From an uncultured bacterium (GTDB lineage: Bacteria > Patescibacteriota > Patescibacteriia > UBA9570 > XYC2-FULL-38-9), in contig CALKUP010000001.1 in assembly GCA_937996685.1 (NCBI GenBank), forward strand, positions 181,571-245,570: a stretch of 64,000 nt of DNA. Direction: 5' to 3'. The position numbers were made by a program, and so were the translations under genes. The notes beneath the pieces are model-generated. The model did not search any database, had not been told where the DNA came from, and saw nothing but the letters and a program-made list of their open reading frames with translations. Positions 10,202 through 20,835 of the stretch are shown here, piece by piece; within the stretch, counting starts at the first letter, position 1, and every line of letters starts with the position of its first letter.

Positions 10202-13200
10202 ATGACCATCCCAAAAAAATTTCAAGGACAACGCACAATGAAAAAGGGGCAAAAAGCCTTGATCCTCGGTTCTGGGGGGTTAAAAATTGGACAAGCCGGC
10301 GAGTTTGATTATTCTGGCTCACAATGTATTAAGGCATTGAAAGAAGAGGGAATTGCGACAGTACTCGTCAATCCGAATATCGCGACAGTGCAAACGAATG
10401 ATGACATGGCAGACCGTGTCTATTTTTTGCCACTGACTGTCGACGTTGTCACTGAGGTGATTGAAAAAGAAAAACCAGATGTATTGTTGCTGTCTTTTGG
10501 TGGGCAAACAGCGTTGAATTTAGGACTTGCCTTAGAGGATGCGGGCGTTTTGAAAAAACATAAAGTGAAAATTCTGGGCACACCAACGTCAGCGATTCGA
10601 ATGACGGAAGATCGTGATTTGTTTGCGCAAGAGCTGCGAAAAATCGGTGTTGATGTCGCGGAAAGTTATGCTGTCACGAACATTGAAGATGGAAAAAAAG
10701 CCGCAAAAAAATTAGGGTATCCGGTGATGATTCGAGCGGCATTTGCACTTGGCGGGAAAGGATCGGGTCGTGTGAATTCAGAGCCGGAGCTCATTACAAT
10801 GTTGCAAGAAGGTTTTGCAAATGTGCCGCAAATTTTGGTTGAAGAATATTTGAAAGGTTGGAAAGAAATTGAATACGAAGTTGTGCGAGATGCGGCGGAC
10901 AATTGCGTGACAGTGTGTAACATGGAAAATTTTGACGCAATGGGCGTCCACACTGGCGAGAGTATTGTGATCGCACCATCGCAAACATTGTCGAACCGCG
11001 AATATCAAATGTTGCGCACGGTCGCGCAAAAAGTGGTGCGTCATTTAGGTGTCGTTGGTGAATGTAACATTCAATATGCTCTCAATGCAGTAACTGGTGA
11101 ATATCGCGTGATTGAAGTGAACGCCCGTTTGTCTCGCTCTTCTGCACTTGCCAGTAAAGCAACAGGCTATCCGCTCGCGTGGGTTGCGGCAAAAATCGGT
11201 CTTGGCTATACATTGCCAGAAATCAAAAACGCCATGACTGGCGTGACATCCGCAGCGTTTGAACCAGCGCTTGATTACGTGGTGATTAAAATGCCACGCT
11301 GGGATTTGCAAAAATTTAAAGCCAGTAGTCGTCGGATTGGAACAGAAATGAAATCCGTCGGGGAAGTGATGGCAATTGGCCGAACCTTTGAAGAAGCACT
11401 GCAAAAAGCGATTCGCAGTATTAGTATTGGCGCAGACGGCCTCACAAGTCATCCACATGAGATTGATCGTCCATTTGATGAAATTGAATTTCCAACTGAT
11501 CGACGGCTGTATGCGATTGCAGACGCGCTGCTCGCAGGCACAGATGTTGCGAAAATCAACAAGTTGTCAGATATCGATCCGTGGTTTTTGAATGGTTTGA
11601 AACGGATTGTTGATGTGCACAAACAGCTCAAGAGCGCAAAAGTGCTGACGCCTGAATTACTCAAAACAGCCAAGCAGCACGGTTTTTCAGATAAACAGAT
11701 CGGTGGATTTTTCAAACAATCTGCAGATGACATTCGAGCGCTTCGAAAAAAGAAAGGCATTGTGCCAGTTGTGAAGCGGATTGATACACTCGCTGGTGAG
11801 TTCCCGGCGCAAAGTAACTATTTGTACATGACCTATCATGGCACAGAGAATGATGTTGTTGCAGGTTCAAAAGATGCGGTCATGGTTCTTGGTGGGGGAA
11901 GTTATCGCATCGGTTCATCAGTCGAGTTTGATTGGTGTTCTGTTGAAGCGATTAAAGCGATCCAAAGCAAAAAACGCCAAGCGATTATGGTCAACTGTAA
12001 TCCAGAGACAGTATCAACGGATTATGATATGTGTGACCGATTGTATTTTGAGGAACTGACACTTGAGCGCGTGCTTGATATTCATGATGTTGAAAAACCA
12101 GCTGGTGTGATTGTTTCAATGGGTGGGCAAATTCCAAACAACCTTGCGATGCCATTGATGGAACGCAAAGTGAAAATTTTGGGAACAGATCCGCACAACA
12201 TTGATCGAGCGGAAGATCGCAAAAAATTCTCACAATTACTTGATCGATTAAATGTCGTGCAACCGGAATGGAAAGAACTTGCCGCACTGTCTGACGCAAA
12301 AGCCTTCGCAAAACGGGTTGGGTATCCGGTCTTGATTCGTCCGTCATATGTATTGTCTGGTGCTGCAATGAACATTGCGCATAACGAAGATGCGCTCACG
12401 CAATTTTTGAAAGAAGCGGCTGATGTCTCAAAAGAGCATCCAGTCGTGATTACAAAATTCATGGAAGATGCGCGTGAAATCGAAATTGATGGTGTTGCGC
12501 AAAATGGTGAATTGGTGATTTACGCGCTGACAGAACACGTTGAAAATGCTGGTGTACATTCTGGTGATGCGACTATTGCAACTCCGCCACAAAAATCATA
12601 TCTCGAAACTGTCCGTCGAATGAAACATGTGACGCGAGAAATTATCGCGCAATTAGAAATCACCGGTCCATTCAATATTCAATTTCTTGCAAAACGCAAT
12701 GAAATTTCGGTGATTGAGTTGAATTTGCGCGCTAGTCGCAGTATGCCATTTGTGAGTAAAGCGACGAAGTATCCGATGATTCAAATGGCGACTCGAGCCA
12801 TGCTCGGAGATGACATCCATGGCAATTACAATACACTCGATGTGGATTATGTTGTTGTGAAAGCACCACAGTTTTCGTATTCTCGTATTAAAGGTGCAGA
12901 TCCAGTGCTGTATGTGGAAATGGGTTCAACTGGTGAGGTTGCAACATTCGGTCGGTATTATCGTGAGGCAGTGCTCAAGTCATTGCTCGCGGCAGATTTC
13001 CGGATTCCAAAAAAGAATGTCTTGCTGTCGATTGGTGGCGATAAAGCCAAACAAGAGCTCGCGCCGTATATTAAAAAGCTTCACAAAATGGGCTTGCATC
13101 TCTATGCGACAAAACATACCGCGCAATTTATTCGCTATGATTTAGGGTTGCCAGTCACTGAAGTTGCGAAAATGTCTGAGCGCGCAACAGATAATACATT

Positions 13201-13438
13201 GTCATTGATTCAAGATGGCGGCGTGGATTGTATCTTCAATATTCCGACGATTGATCCATCAACAGATGATTTGAGTAACGGCTTTTTGATGCGTCGCGCG
13301 GCGATTGATCATAACGTGCAATTGATTGCCAATATGCAATTGACCAAGACGGTGATTATGGCGCTGTATGATTTATATACCGGGGAGTACACATTAGAAG
13401 TGAAAGCCTGGGATGAATACGTGCGGCCAACTAAATAA
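10202..13438 (+). CDS. carB: carbamoyl-phosphate synthase large subunit
   Basis: 1078 aa, duplicated ATP-grasp halves, MGS-like C-terminal domain. The true start may be the internal ATG at about 10238 (MKKGQKALILGSG). Confidence 0.93.
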   Translation: MTIPKKFQGQRTMKKGQKALILGSGGLKIGQAGEFDYSGSQCIKALKEEGIATVLVNPNIATVQTNDDMADRVYFLPLTVDVVTEVIEKEKPDVLLLSFGGQTALNLGLALEDAGVLKKHKVKILGTPTSAIRMTEDRDLFAQELRKIGVDVAESYAVTNIEDGKKAAKKLGYPVMIRAAFALGGKGSGRVNSEPELITMLQEGFANVPQILVEEYLKGWKEIEYEVVRDAADNCVTVCNMENFDAMGVHTGESIVIAPSQTLSNREYQMLRTVAQKVVRHLGVVGECNIQYALNAVTGEYRVIEVNARLSRSSALASKATGYPLAWVAAKIGLGYTLPEIKNAMTGVTSAAFEPALDYVVIKMPRWDLQKFKASSRRIGTEMKSVGEVMAIGRTFEEALQKAIRSISIGADGLTSHPHEIDRPFDEIEFPTDRRLYAIADALLAGTDVAKINKLSDIDPWFLNGLKRIVDVHKQLKSAKVLTPELLKTAKQHGFSDKQIGGFFKQSADDIRALRKKKGIVPVVKRIDTLAGEFPAQSNYLYMTYHGTENDVVAGSKDAVMVLGGGSYRIGSSVEFDWCSVEAIKAIQSKKRQAIMVNCNPETVSTDYDMCDRLYFEELTLERVLDIHDVEKPAGVIVSMGGQIPNNLAMPLMERKVKILGTDPHNIDRAEDRKKFSQLLDRLNVVQPEWKELAALSDAKAFAKRVGYPVLIRPSYVLSGAAMNIAHNEDALTQFLKEAADVSKEHPVVITKFMEDAREIEIDGVAQNGELVIYALTEHVENAGVHSGDATIATPPQKSYLETVRRMKHVTREIIAQLEITGPFNIQFLAKRNEISVIELNLRASRSMPFVSKATKYPMIQMATRAMLGDDIHGNYNTLDVDYVVVKAPQFSYSRIKGADPVLYVEMGSTGEVATFGRYYREAVLKSLLAADFRIPKKNVLLSIGGDKAKQELAPYIKKLHKMGLHLYATKHTAQFIRYDLGLPVTEVAKMSERATDNTLSLIQDGGVDCIFNIPTIDPSTDDLSNGFLMRRAAIDHNVQLIANMQLTKTVIMALYDLYTGEYTLEVKAWDEYVRPTK

Positions 13439-13450
13439 TATCTGAATACT

Positions 13451-14368
13451 ATGAATACACGCAGTCTTATTTCAATCACAGATTTGGACCGCTCTGGCAT
13501 TGAAGCGATTTTGAACGACGCTGCGCTGTTCGCTGAAAAGGGTATTCCGTTTGAATTTTCAGACCGCGCAATGATTGTGGCGAGTCTCTTTTTCGAAGCG
13601 TCCACTCGCACTCGGCTTTCATTTGAAACAGCGGCGAATCGTTTAGGTGCGCGGGTTGTTGGTTTTGATAGCCCTGAAAATACATCATTTTCCCAAAAAG
13701 GAGAAAGTCTTGAAGATACTATTCGGATGATTGATGCGTATGCTGATCTGATTGTGATCCGTCACCCAGAGACAAGCGCTCTGCAAATCGCGGCTGATAT
13801 TGCAACGCATCCAGTGATCAATGCTGGGAATGGAGCAGGCGAGCATCCAACACAGACATTGATTGATTTGTATACAATCAAACAATTATTTGGAAAGATT
13901 GATGGTTTAACTGTTGCGATCGTTGGTGATTTACAGTTTGGTCGTGTCCCGCACTCGCTTGCGCAAGCGTTGACTGTGTTTGATGATGTGAAACAAATTT
14001 GGGTTGCGCCGTCACAGTTGCCAATGCCGGAACATGTGCGAACTGCAGTTGAAGCAACGGGCGCGCATATTGAAATGACAACAGACATTCAACATGCACT
14101 CAACACTGCTGATGTGGTCTATATGACACGCGTCCAAAAAGAGCGGTTTGAAGATAGTGCTGAATATGAGGCGTTGAAAGATGCCTATATTTTGACACCA
14201 GAATTATTGGCAACCGCAAAACCGACAATGAAAATTTTGCATGCACTGCCGCGGCTTTATGAATTACCGACAGCCGTTGACGCGACGCCACATGCGGCGT
14301 ATTTCGAGCAAGCGGCGAATGCAGTTGTTGTCCGAGCGGCGTTGATGCGCTCTATCCTTAATGCGTAA
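13451..14368 (+). CDS. pyrB: aspartate carbamoyltransferase catalytic subunit
   Basis: STRTR carbamoyl-phosphate binding motif, HPTQ, 305 aa; no pyrI follows. Confidence 0.9.
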   Translation: MNTRSLISITDLDRSGIEAILNDAALFAEKGIPFEFSDRAMIVASLFFEASTRTRLSFETAANRLGARVVGFDSPENTSFSQKGESLEDTIRMIDAYADLIVIRHPETSALQIAADIATHPVINAGNGAGEHPTQTLIDLYTIKQLFGKIDGLTVAIVGDLQFGRVPHSLAQALTVFDDVKQIWVAPSQLPMPEHVRTAVEATGAHIEMTTDIQHALNTADVVYMTRVQKERFEDSAEYEALKDAYILTPELLATAKPTMKILHALPRLYELPTAVDATPHAAYFEQAANAVVVRAALMRSILNA

Positions 14369-15503
14369 TACTATGATGACTATTCCTGGAGTGATTGATG
14401 TGCACGTTCATTTTCGTGTACCTGGCGGGGAACACAAAGAAGATTGGAGTCACGGAACGCAAGCGGCATATGCGGGCGGAGTGGTGTATGTGTGCGACAT
14501 GCCGAACACAACACCGGCGATTACGACAGCGGCTGGTGTGCGAGATAAGGCGATGGAAATTGATCGCACCGCACCACATGCAATTGCGCATGGTTTATAT
14601 ATTGGAGCAACAGAAGATAATTTGGAAGAAATTCAAGCGGCTGATCGTGATGGTTTGATTTGTGGTGTGAAGGTCTATTTTGGAACATCGACGGGGCATC
14701 TGACAATGAATAGTCTGCCGGCGCTGCGTGCTCTGATGGAGGCGCGTCTTGGTGTGCCGATTGTGATTCACGCAGAAGATGATGCAGTGATCGCAGCTGC
14801 TCGAGCGGCGTATGAAGCAGAGCATGGAGCAATTACTGATATTGCAGCGCACAGTGATATCCGCTCACGCGATGCGGCGGTCAGTGCTCTGGAAACGATT
14901 CTTGCCTTGGTGAAAGAAACAGCCGCGACCAATGTGCATATTACCCATATTTCAACAGCGCAGGAGGTCGAGTTGATTCGCGCTGCAAAGCAGGCGGGTC
15001 TATCAGTGACATGTGATGTCACGCCACATCATTTGACGTTTACTGTTGCTGATTATGCGCAACACGGCACACGGATTCGATGTAACCCACCAATTCGTGA
15101 ACAAGCAGACGTTGATGCACTGTGGGAAGGATTGCGTGATGGAACAATTGATATTGTCGCATCCGATCACGCGCCGCACACACTCGAAGAAAAAGCCGCA
15201 ACCGAGTATGACGCGATTCCATCTGGTGTTCCTGGTGTGCAAACCTTGCTTCCTGTGTTAGTTGATGGAGTATTGAGTGACAAATTATCGTGGGAGAAAT
15301 TGGTTGCAGTGACAAGCACGAACCCAAGTCAACGTTTTCAGATTCCGGTGCGCGGAGAAGTGGTGATTGATACAGAGGCTGTAACGCAGATTCAAGACAG
15401 CGACCAACAATCACTGTGTGGTTGGACGCCGCTGTCTGGCATGACGCTGCGTGGTGCGATTATTTCAACATCGATTGATGGTGCGTTGTATTATCAGGTC
15501 TAG
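14361..15503 (+). CDS. pyrC: dihydroorotase
   Basis: DVHVHFRVPG metal-binding motif, amidohydrolase fold; overlaps the pyrB stop by 8 nt. Confidence 0.85.
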   Translation: MRNTMMTIPGVIDVHVHFRVPGGEHKEDWSHGTQAAYAGGVVYVCDMPNTTPAITTAAGVRDKAMEIDRTAPHAIAHGLYIGATEDNLEEIQAADRDGLICGVKVYFGTSTGHLTMNSLPALRALMEARLGVPIVIHAEDDAVIAAARAAYEAEHGAITDIAAHSDIRSRDAAVSALETILALVKETAATNVHITHISTAQEVELIRAAKQAGLSVTCDVTPHHLTFTVADYAQHGTRIRCNPPIREQADVDALWEGLRDGTIDIVASDHAPHTLEEKAATEYDAIPSGVPGVQTLLPVLVDGVLSDKLSWEKLVAVTSTNPSQRFQIPVRGEVVIDTEAVTQIQDSDQQSLCGWTPLSGMTLRGAIISTSIDGALYYQV

Positions 15504-15554
15504 CGTTGATTTACTGCTGAAAAAGCGGTAGTATTTGTAATAATAACATCGTGT

Positions 15555-16661
15555 ATGTATAAACTGCTTTTCCCACTCTTACAACAAATTGACCCAGAAG
15601 TGCTGCATAACGGTGCGCGTGATCTTGCGCGGATTGCCGGCAAAACGCCACTCAAAGGTCTTGTGTCAGCGTTGTATCGCTTCGAAGATGAGCGCTTGCG
15701 GCAAGAATATTTTGGGCTGACATTTCAAAACCCTGTTGGTCTAGCGGCTGGCTTTGATAAATATGGTGCATTTATTGATATTGTGCCAAGTCTCGGATTT
15801 GGGTTCATGGAGCTTGGGAGTATTTCCGCGCAACCACGTCTTGGCAATCCGCAGCCGCGTTTGTTTCGATTACCAAAAGATCACGCCATTATTAATCGTA
15901 TGGGCTTGAATAACGACGGTGCTGAAGCAACGAAGAACATGTTGCTCAAACGCGCAGGTGATCGACCAGTGCCACTGGGTATTAGTATTGTCAAAACTCA
16001 TGACCCAAACATTTTGGGGGATGCGGCGGTGGCAGATTTTGTAAAATCATATACGCAACTCGCGCCGCTGGCTGACTACCTTGCATTGAATATTAGTTGC
16101 CCAAATACTTTGGAAGGCAAAACGTTTGAAGATCCACAAGCACTTGAGCAATTATTGCAGGGTATTGCGACAGCAAAAGAACAATTACAAGCAGAGCATC
16201 AACATGTTCCGCCGCTTTTTGTGAAAATATCACCAGATCGGACAGATAGTGAGCTCGTGCATTTGATTGAAGTTTGCAAACGGTTTGCGGTTGATGGATA
16301 TATTTTAACAAACACCACGACAACACGAGATAATCTGCAAACACCGCAAGTGAAATTGCATGAGATCGGGATGGGAGGATTATCTGGCGCGCCGTTATTT
16401 GAGCGTTCATTGCGCATGATTCAAATGGTGCGAACTATTGCGCCGTCTGCCTTTATTGTTGGAGTGGGTGGTGTGCAATCAGCGGCAGATGCCTATGCGA
16501 TGATTTGTGCTGGTGCATCATTGATTCAAATCTATACAGGTTTGATTTATCATGGCCCGGCACTTGTGAAACAGATTAATCAAGGAGTCTTGCGTCATTT
16601 AGAAAGCGATGGTTTTGCAACGCTTTCTGATGCAATTGGTTCAAAAAAAATGCACGCATAA
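15555..16661 (+). CDS. pyrD: dihydroorotate dehydrogenase, class 2 (quinone-dependent) type
   Basis: 368 aa with the N-terminal extension typical of family-2 DHODH; GFDK and NISCPNT motifs. Confidence 0.88.
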   Translation: MYKLLFPLLQQIDPEVLHNGARDLARIAGKTPLKGLVSALYRFEDERLRQEYFGLTFQNPVGLAAGFDKYGAFIDIVPSLGFGFMELGSISAQPRLGNPQPRLFRLPKDHAIINRMGLNNDGAEATKNMLLKRAGDRPVPLGISIVKTHDPNILGDAAVADFVKSYTQLAPLADYLALNISCPNTLEGKTFEDPQALEQLLQGIATAKEQLQAEHQHVPPLFVKISPDRTDSELVHLIEVCKRFAVDGYILTNTTTTRDNLQTPQVKLHEIGMGGLSGAPLFERSLRMIQMVRTIAPSAFIVGVGGVQSAADAYAMICAGASLIQIYTGLIYHGPALVKQINQGVLRHLESDGFATLSDAIGSKKMHA

Positions 16662-16666
16662 CGATT

Positions 16667-17488
16667 ATGATGACAACACTTTCATTTCAAGAAAAAACCC
16701 AGAAACAATGGGACGCCGGAAAATTTTTGTGCGTTGGTTTGGATATGCACGAGTATCTATTAAAAGATATTGCCGGAGATACAGTGTCCGAGCGGATGGT
16801 GCAATTTGCCGAAAAGGTGATTGCAGAAACGTCTGCGGTTGCACATTCATATAAAATCAATACAGCATTTTTTGAGGCGTATGGAAGCGAAGGGATTCGC
16901 GCGTTAGAGCGTGTGTGTGAACGCGTGCGTGCGCTTGCTCCGGATTGCCCGATTATTCTTGATGCAAAGCGTGGTGATATCGGCTCTACCAACGATGGGT
17001 ATGTACGATTTGCTTTTACGGTGTGTGGCGCAGACGCGATTACAGTGCATCCATATATGGGACAAGAATCGCTCACCCCATTTTTAGATCAAACAGACAA
17101 AGGTGTGATTGTCTTGTGTCGCACATCGAACCCGGGTGCGGCGGAATTTCAAAACCAAGCTGTTGGAGATGACGGACAGTCATTGTATTTGGAAGTTGCA
17201 ACTCGTGTGGCTGAGGGGTGGAATGCGAATAATAATTGTTGGCTCGTGGTTGGAGCGACAGTTCCGCAGGAGTGTGCGCAGATTCGAAAAGCCTGTCCAG
17301 ATATTCCGTTCCTGATTCCAGGAGTTGGCGCGCAAGGTGGAGATCTTGAGGCGACAGTCAAAGCGGCTCGTTGTGCGGATGGCGCTGGTTTTGTGATTTC
17401 AGTTTCACGTGCCATTTTGGAAGCACCTGATATGCGCGCGATCGCAGAAGACTATAACGCACAGATTCAAACAATTTTACATCAATAA
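16667..17488 (+). CDS. pyrF: orotidine-5'-phosphate decarboxylase
   Basis: DAKRGDIGST motif of the long-type OMP decarboxylase; 273 aa. Confidence 0.82.
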   Translation: MMTTLSFQEKTQKQWDAGKFLCVGLDMHEYLLKDIAGDTVSERMVQFAEKVIAETSAVAHSYKINTAFFEAYGSEGIRALERVCERVRALAPDCPIILDAKRGDIGSTNDGYVRFAFTVCGADAITVHPYMGQESLTPFLDQTDKGVIVLCRTSNPGAAEFQNQAVGDDGQSLYLEVATRVAEGWNANNNCWLVVGATVPQECAQIRKACPDIPFLIPGVGAQGGDLEATVKAARCADGAGFVISVSRAILEAPDMRAIAEDYNAQIQTILHQ

Positions 17489-17497
17489 TATTTTTTT

Positions 17498-18142
17498 ATG
17501 ACAACACAAGAACGTATCGCAGAAATTTTACTCAACGTCGGCGCTGTAACATTAAATGTTGCCGAGCCATTTACCTATAGCTCTGGAATGCGGAGTCCAA
17601 TTTATTGTGATAACCGTTTGTTGATTTCACACCCACAAGAGCGGCAAGAGGTGATTCAAGCATTTTTGGAAGTATTAGAAAAAGAAGGCGTTGATGCAGA
17701 TGTAATTGCTGGAACAGCAACTGCTGGAATTCCACACGCAGCGTGGATTGCGCAAGCGCTTGATAAGCCAATGATTTATATTCGGGATAAAGCCAAGGGG
17801 CATGGAAAAGGAAATCAAATTGAAGGCTTGGTCAGTGAAGGGGCGAGTGCGGTGATTATTGAGGATTTGATTAGTACTGGTGGGAGTAGTATTCGAGCAG
17901 CGATTGCAGCGCGTGAAGCTGGTTTTATTGTGAGCGATATCGTGGCAATTTTTACGTATGAATTTGAAGCAGGATTGCGTGCGTTCGCAGATGAGCATGT
18001 GCGCGTTCACACGTTGTCGAATTTTTCAACCTTGATTCATGTAGCAAAAGCCAAAGGCGCGCTCACAGACGAAGAGGTCGAAAAAGCGCTGGAATGGAAC
18101 GCGGATCCAGCTGGTTGGGGGAAAAAGATGGGATTGAAATAA
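17498..18142 (+). CDS. pyrE: orotate phosphoribosyltransferase
   Basis: PRTase PRPP-binding loop VIIEDLISTGGS; 214 aa. Confidence 0.85.
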   Translation: MTTQERIAEILLNVGAVTLNVAEPFTYSSGMRSPIYCDNRLLISHPQERQEVIQAFLEVLEKEGVDADVIAGTATAGIPHAAWIAQALDKPMIYIRDKAKGHGKGNQIEGLVSEGASAVIIEDLISTGGSSIRAAIAAREAGFIVSDIVAIFTYEFEAGLRAFADEHVRVHTLSNFSTLIHVAKAKGALTDEEVEKALEWNADPAGWGKKMGLK

Positions 18143-18160
18143 ACCCATTCGATCCAATCG

Positions 18161-18613
18161 TTACGCAATCAAATCGCTGAATTTCATGACGCGGGTTTGC
18201 TGTGTGTCAGCATCGATTGTAATGATCCATACAATGTGAGGGTGTTTAAAGCCAGTTTGAAAAAAATCAACACATTCGTCACACATTTTGACAAGGCCGT
18301 CGTAGTCACGGTCTGGTCGCATATTTGATAACACAAGAACAGCGACAATATCTTCAAAGGTTCCGTCTGACAGAGCAGCGAGCGCGGCAACCCGTTCTGC
18401 GCAGTAGCGGTGTGGGGTTTCTCCTGGAATGAGTTTCCAGTTTGCGCCTTTATAGAGGTGAGTGCCTCCTGTTTCTGATTGAGTTAACACAGCAGCTCCG
18501 ACCTGACGAGAAGCGTGTTGGGCAAATTGTCGTGCACTGGTTGCAACGGCAAGCATATCAGCGACGTGGGCTTGAATTTGCTCTGGGAGTTGTTGTAATG
18601 CAGTGTTGTCCAT
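18161..18613 (-). CDS. cdd: cytidine deaminase
   Basis: CAER zinc-binding motif and a second PC..C-type motif (MCDECVDFF); 150 aa. Confidence 0.75.
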   Translation of the reverse strand: MDNTALQQLPEQIQAHVADMLAVATSARQFAQHASRQVGAAVLTQSETGGTHLYKGANWKLIPGETPHRYCAERVAALAALSDGTFEDIVAVLVLSNMRPDRDYDGLVKMCDECVDFFQTGFKHPHIVWIITIDADTQQTRVMKFSDLIA

Positions 18614-18756
18614 ATGAAATTTGCAATTGTGTTGATTATACGCAGTTTTTTGCTCGCGTCAATATATTGAATAGAAAAAGGGGCAAATACTACAAAGGCA
18701 CCGATGATTTTCGATGTTTGAAGTATCTACCATGAGCGAGCATCGATGCGGTGATG

Positions 18757-19452
18757 TCAGTCCGACAGCACTTTGTCGATTACCTGCTCAACCCGCTTGA
18801 GACTTGAGGCAACCTGAATGCGGTCGATGTCAGCACGGTCAACCGTGCCGAGCCAGGCCATGACTCGCAAGAGCCATGTGACCGGATACCACATCCGGCC
18901 GACCAGGATGATCGGCTTGTCACGATGCCCATTTACCGCCTGCACATGCTGCAGGAAGTAGGCGACTTCGAGCAAGCTGCCGATGCCGCCCCCCAAGACC
19001 ACGAACGCTGCGCAGAGCTGGAGCATCAGCTCCAGGCGCGAGCCGAAGTCGGGTGCGTGCAGGGTCTCGTCCAGGTGTGGATTCGCGGGCTCGTGAAAGC
19101 CCAGGCAGGTGATCCGGATTCCGACAGACTTCTGCGCCGCTGCATCCCGTCGATTGTTGCAAAATGCTTCCTGGGCAAGGTCGACCATGCCTGGACAACC
19201 GCCGCTAAGCATTGATACCTGACGGCGCGCCAAGAGCTTTCCAAGTGCCTTGGCAAATACGTCACCGTAGAGCCAGTGGAGCCACGGCGCCTTGTCGGAA
19301 TCGCGGGCGCTGCCGAACACGCCGATGAACGGCGCGGCATTTTGCGCCAGCTCACGCGCCAGCGCCTTGGTGGCAGCCGCAAACTCGCCCGCCTCCCGTT
19401 CCCAGCGGACAGAGGAGGTTTCGAGAGCAGGAACGGTGTTGAGGTCGGACAT
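18757..19452 (-). CDS. LOG-family (TIGR00730) nucleotide 5'-monophosphate phosphoribohydrolase/nucleosidase-like protein, on high-GC foreign DNA
   Basis: SGGCPGMVD and VLGGGIGSLLE match the LOG GGGxGxM and PGGxGTxxE motifs; 231 aa; GC about 62% against about 46% for neighbouring genes. Confidence 0.78.
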   Translation of the reverse strand: MSDLNTVPALETSSVRWEREAGEFAAATKALARELAQNAAPFIGVFGSARDSDKAPWLHWLYGDVFAKALGKLLARRQVSMLSGGCPGMVDLAQEAFCNNRRDAAAQKSVGIRITCLGFHEPANPHLDETLHAPDFGSRLELMLQLCAAFVVLGGGIGSLLEVAYFLQHVQAVNGHRDKPIILVGRMWYPVTWLLRVMAWLGTVDRADIDRIQVASSLKRVEQVIDKVLSD

Positions 19453-19830
19453 GGTGTCTCTCCATCTCTGCTTTACTGAAAGCAGTTCTTGTTGTTGATG
19501 ATCACGCTTTCGATATCTCTATCTCAGCGCTTTTTTATCCCTGAATTCAGTATTTCAGGTGCAAAAAAGCCGCTGAGAAAGCGGCTAAGGTGTTGGTTTT
19601 TGGGGACGTTTCACCCCAGTTGCATCGACAGTCTGTTTTTGGGTGTGATATGTAGGATTGTTCATTTTTCGCAATGATTAGCAAAATGCTAGATGAAACC
19701 GGAAGAAATATAGCGTAGATTTGCGCATTTGTCAAGAATGATATTTTAGGTTACAGTCGGTGCCAGAGAAGCGTGAACACGTCCTGTGTTCAGCTGCTTT
19801 TGGACACTTCATTGACCTGCGGAGGGCGTC

Positions 19831-20253
19831 ATGAGTCAACCTATTGTCGATCGCAAGCCTGGCGACTTCAGCTTCATCTACCCGACGGGGATCATTGGTG
19901 AAGAGCTGCCTCGGTTCACCGTTGAAGACAAGGTCTTTCCCATTAAAGCGTTCTTCAACTGGGACATTGGTGCAGCCTGCGTTGCTGGCGCTCAAGGGGG
20001 CTTTCCCTTGGTGCGACCGGTTGACTACGAAGCTGCTGTCGCTGAGTGGCATCGTCGGTTTCCCGGGAAGGCATTGCCGCGGACCTTTGCGGAGCTCGCT
20101 GTTCTTCGTGGTGAGTCTGGTGATCACCGCTGGGGCTTGGCGCGGACACTTCGGAGGAGCGAGGAGAACAAGTCCGTCGGACCACGGAAACCCTCCGGAA
20201 CCGCGCTGCAGCGTTGCAGTTGTAGCGACGAATCGCGACCCTGCATGGAGTGA
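19831..20253 (+). CDS. hypothetical protein (high-GC island), preceded by a GGAGGG ribosome-binding site
   Basis: 140 aa; strong SD 5 nt upstream; a rho-independent terminator follows at 20283-20319. Confidence 0.5.
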   Translation: MSQPIVDRKPGDFSFIYPTGIIGEELPRFTVEDKVFPIKAFFNWDIGAACVAGAQGGFPLVRPVDYEAAVAEWHRRFPGKALPRTFAELAVLRGESGDHRWGLARTLRRSEENKSVGPRKPSGTALQRCSCSDESRPCME

Positions 20254-20282
20254 CCCCGTCTTTACGGATCAAGTCGTTTCGT

Positions 20283-20319
20283 ACCCTGTTTGTTTCGTAC
20301 ACAAGCAGGGTCTTTTTTT
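20283..20319 (+). terminator. rho-independent terminator (ACCCTG...CAGGGT followed by T7)
   Basis: 6-bp GC-rich stem, 17-nt loop and a TTTTTTT tract, directly after the 19831-20253 CDS. Confidence 0.6.
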
Positions 20320-20429
20320 ATCCAATAGATTTTTCAAATAAAAAAAGCCTCACAAATGATTCTATATACGGACTACAAATAGGCTATATATAGAGGTTCG
20401 TGAGGTGCGCCTCTCCGCACAGAGAAGCG

Positions 20430-20687
20430 CTACTTGGTGGCGAGAGGGTCTTCGGCGACCCGCACAATTTCGCAGGCCGCGCTGCCGTCGATCACACAGC
20501 GACCGCGGTTGTTATCTCGCATGAAGTCATCGCCCAATCGCCGAGCGGGTATGTCCCCGTGCTCCGCGAGCTGCCACAGGGCCTCGTGCGCCTGCAGTCC
20601 GAGAGCTGCAGGGTTAAGGAGTCGGACCACAGCCCCAGGGAACTGCTGCCGTGCTTGCCAGACAAGCATGCTCTGATTTTCAGACAT
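20430..20687 (-). CDS. hypothetical small protein (85 aa, high-GC island)
   Basis: GGAGG 5 nt upstream of the ATG (MSENQS...). The ORF track extends further to 20711, but the RBS supports the shorter start. Confidence 0.45.
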   Translation of the reverse strand: MSENQSMLVWQARQQFPGAVVRLLNPAALGLQAHEALWQLAEHGDIPARRLGDDFMRDNNRGRCVIDGSAACEIVRVAEDPLATK

Positions 20688-20835
20688 CTTTCCTCCAAAT
20701 TTGTCCGCCACAGTCGTAGCATACTATGTACTCCCTGGCAAGATAATACCTCTCTTTCAAGTGGATAGCTCCATTGGTTGCAGAGCTCTGGATTTTGACG
20801 TATTCTCAATACAATTCATTATTGAGCTTCTTTTT

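Noticed and set aside
19844-20341. 165-aa plus-strand ORF in an alternative frame overlapping the 19831-20253 gene
   Set aside because: Same strand, shifted frame in 65% GC DNA. The 19831 frame has the SD and is followed by the terminator, so this is a shadow frame.
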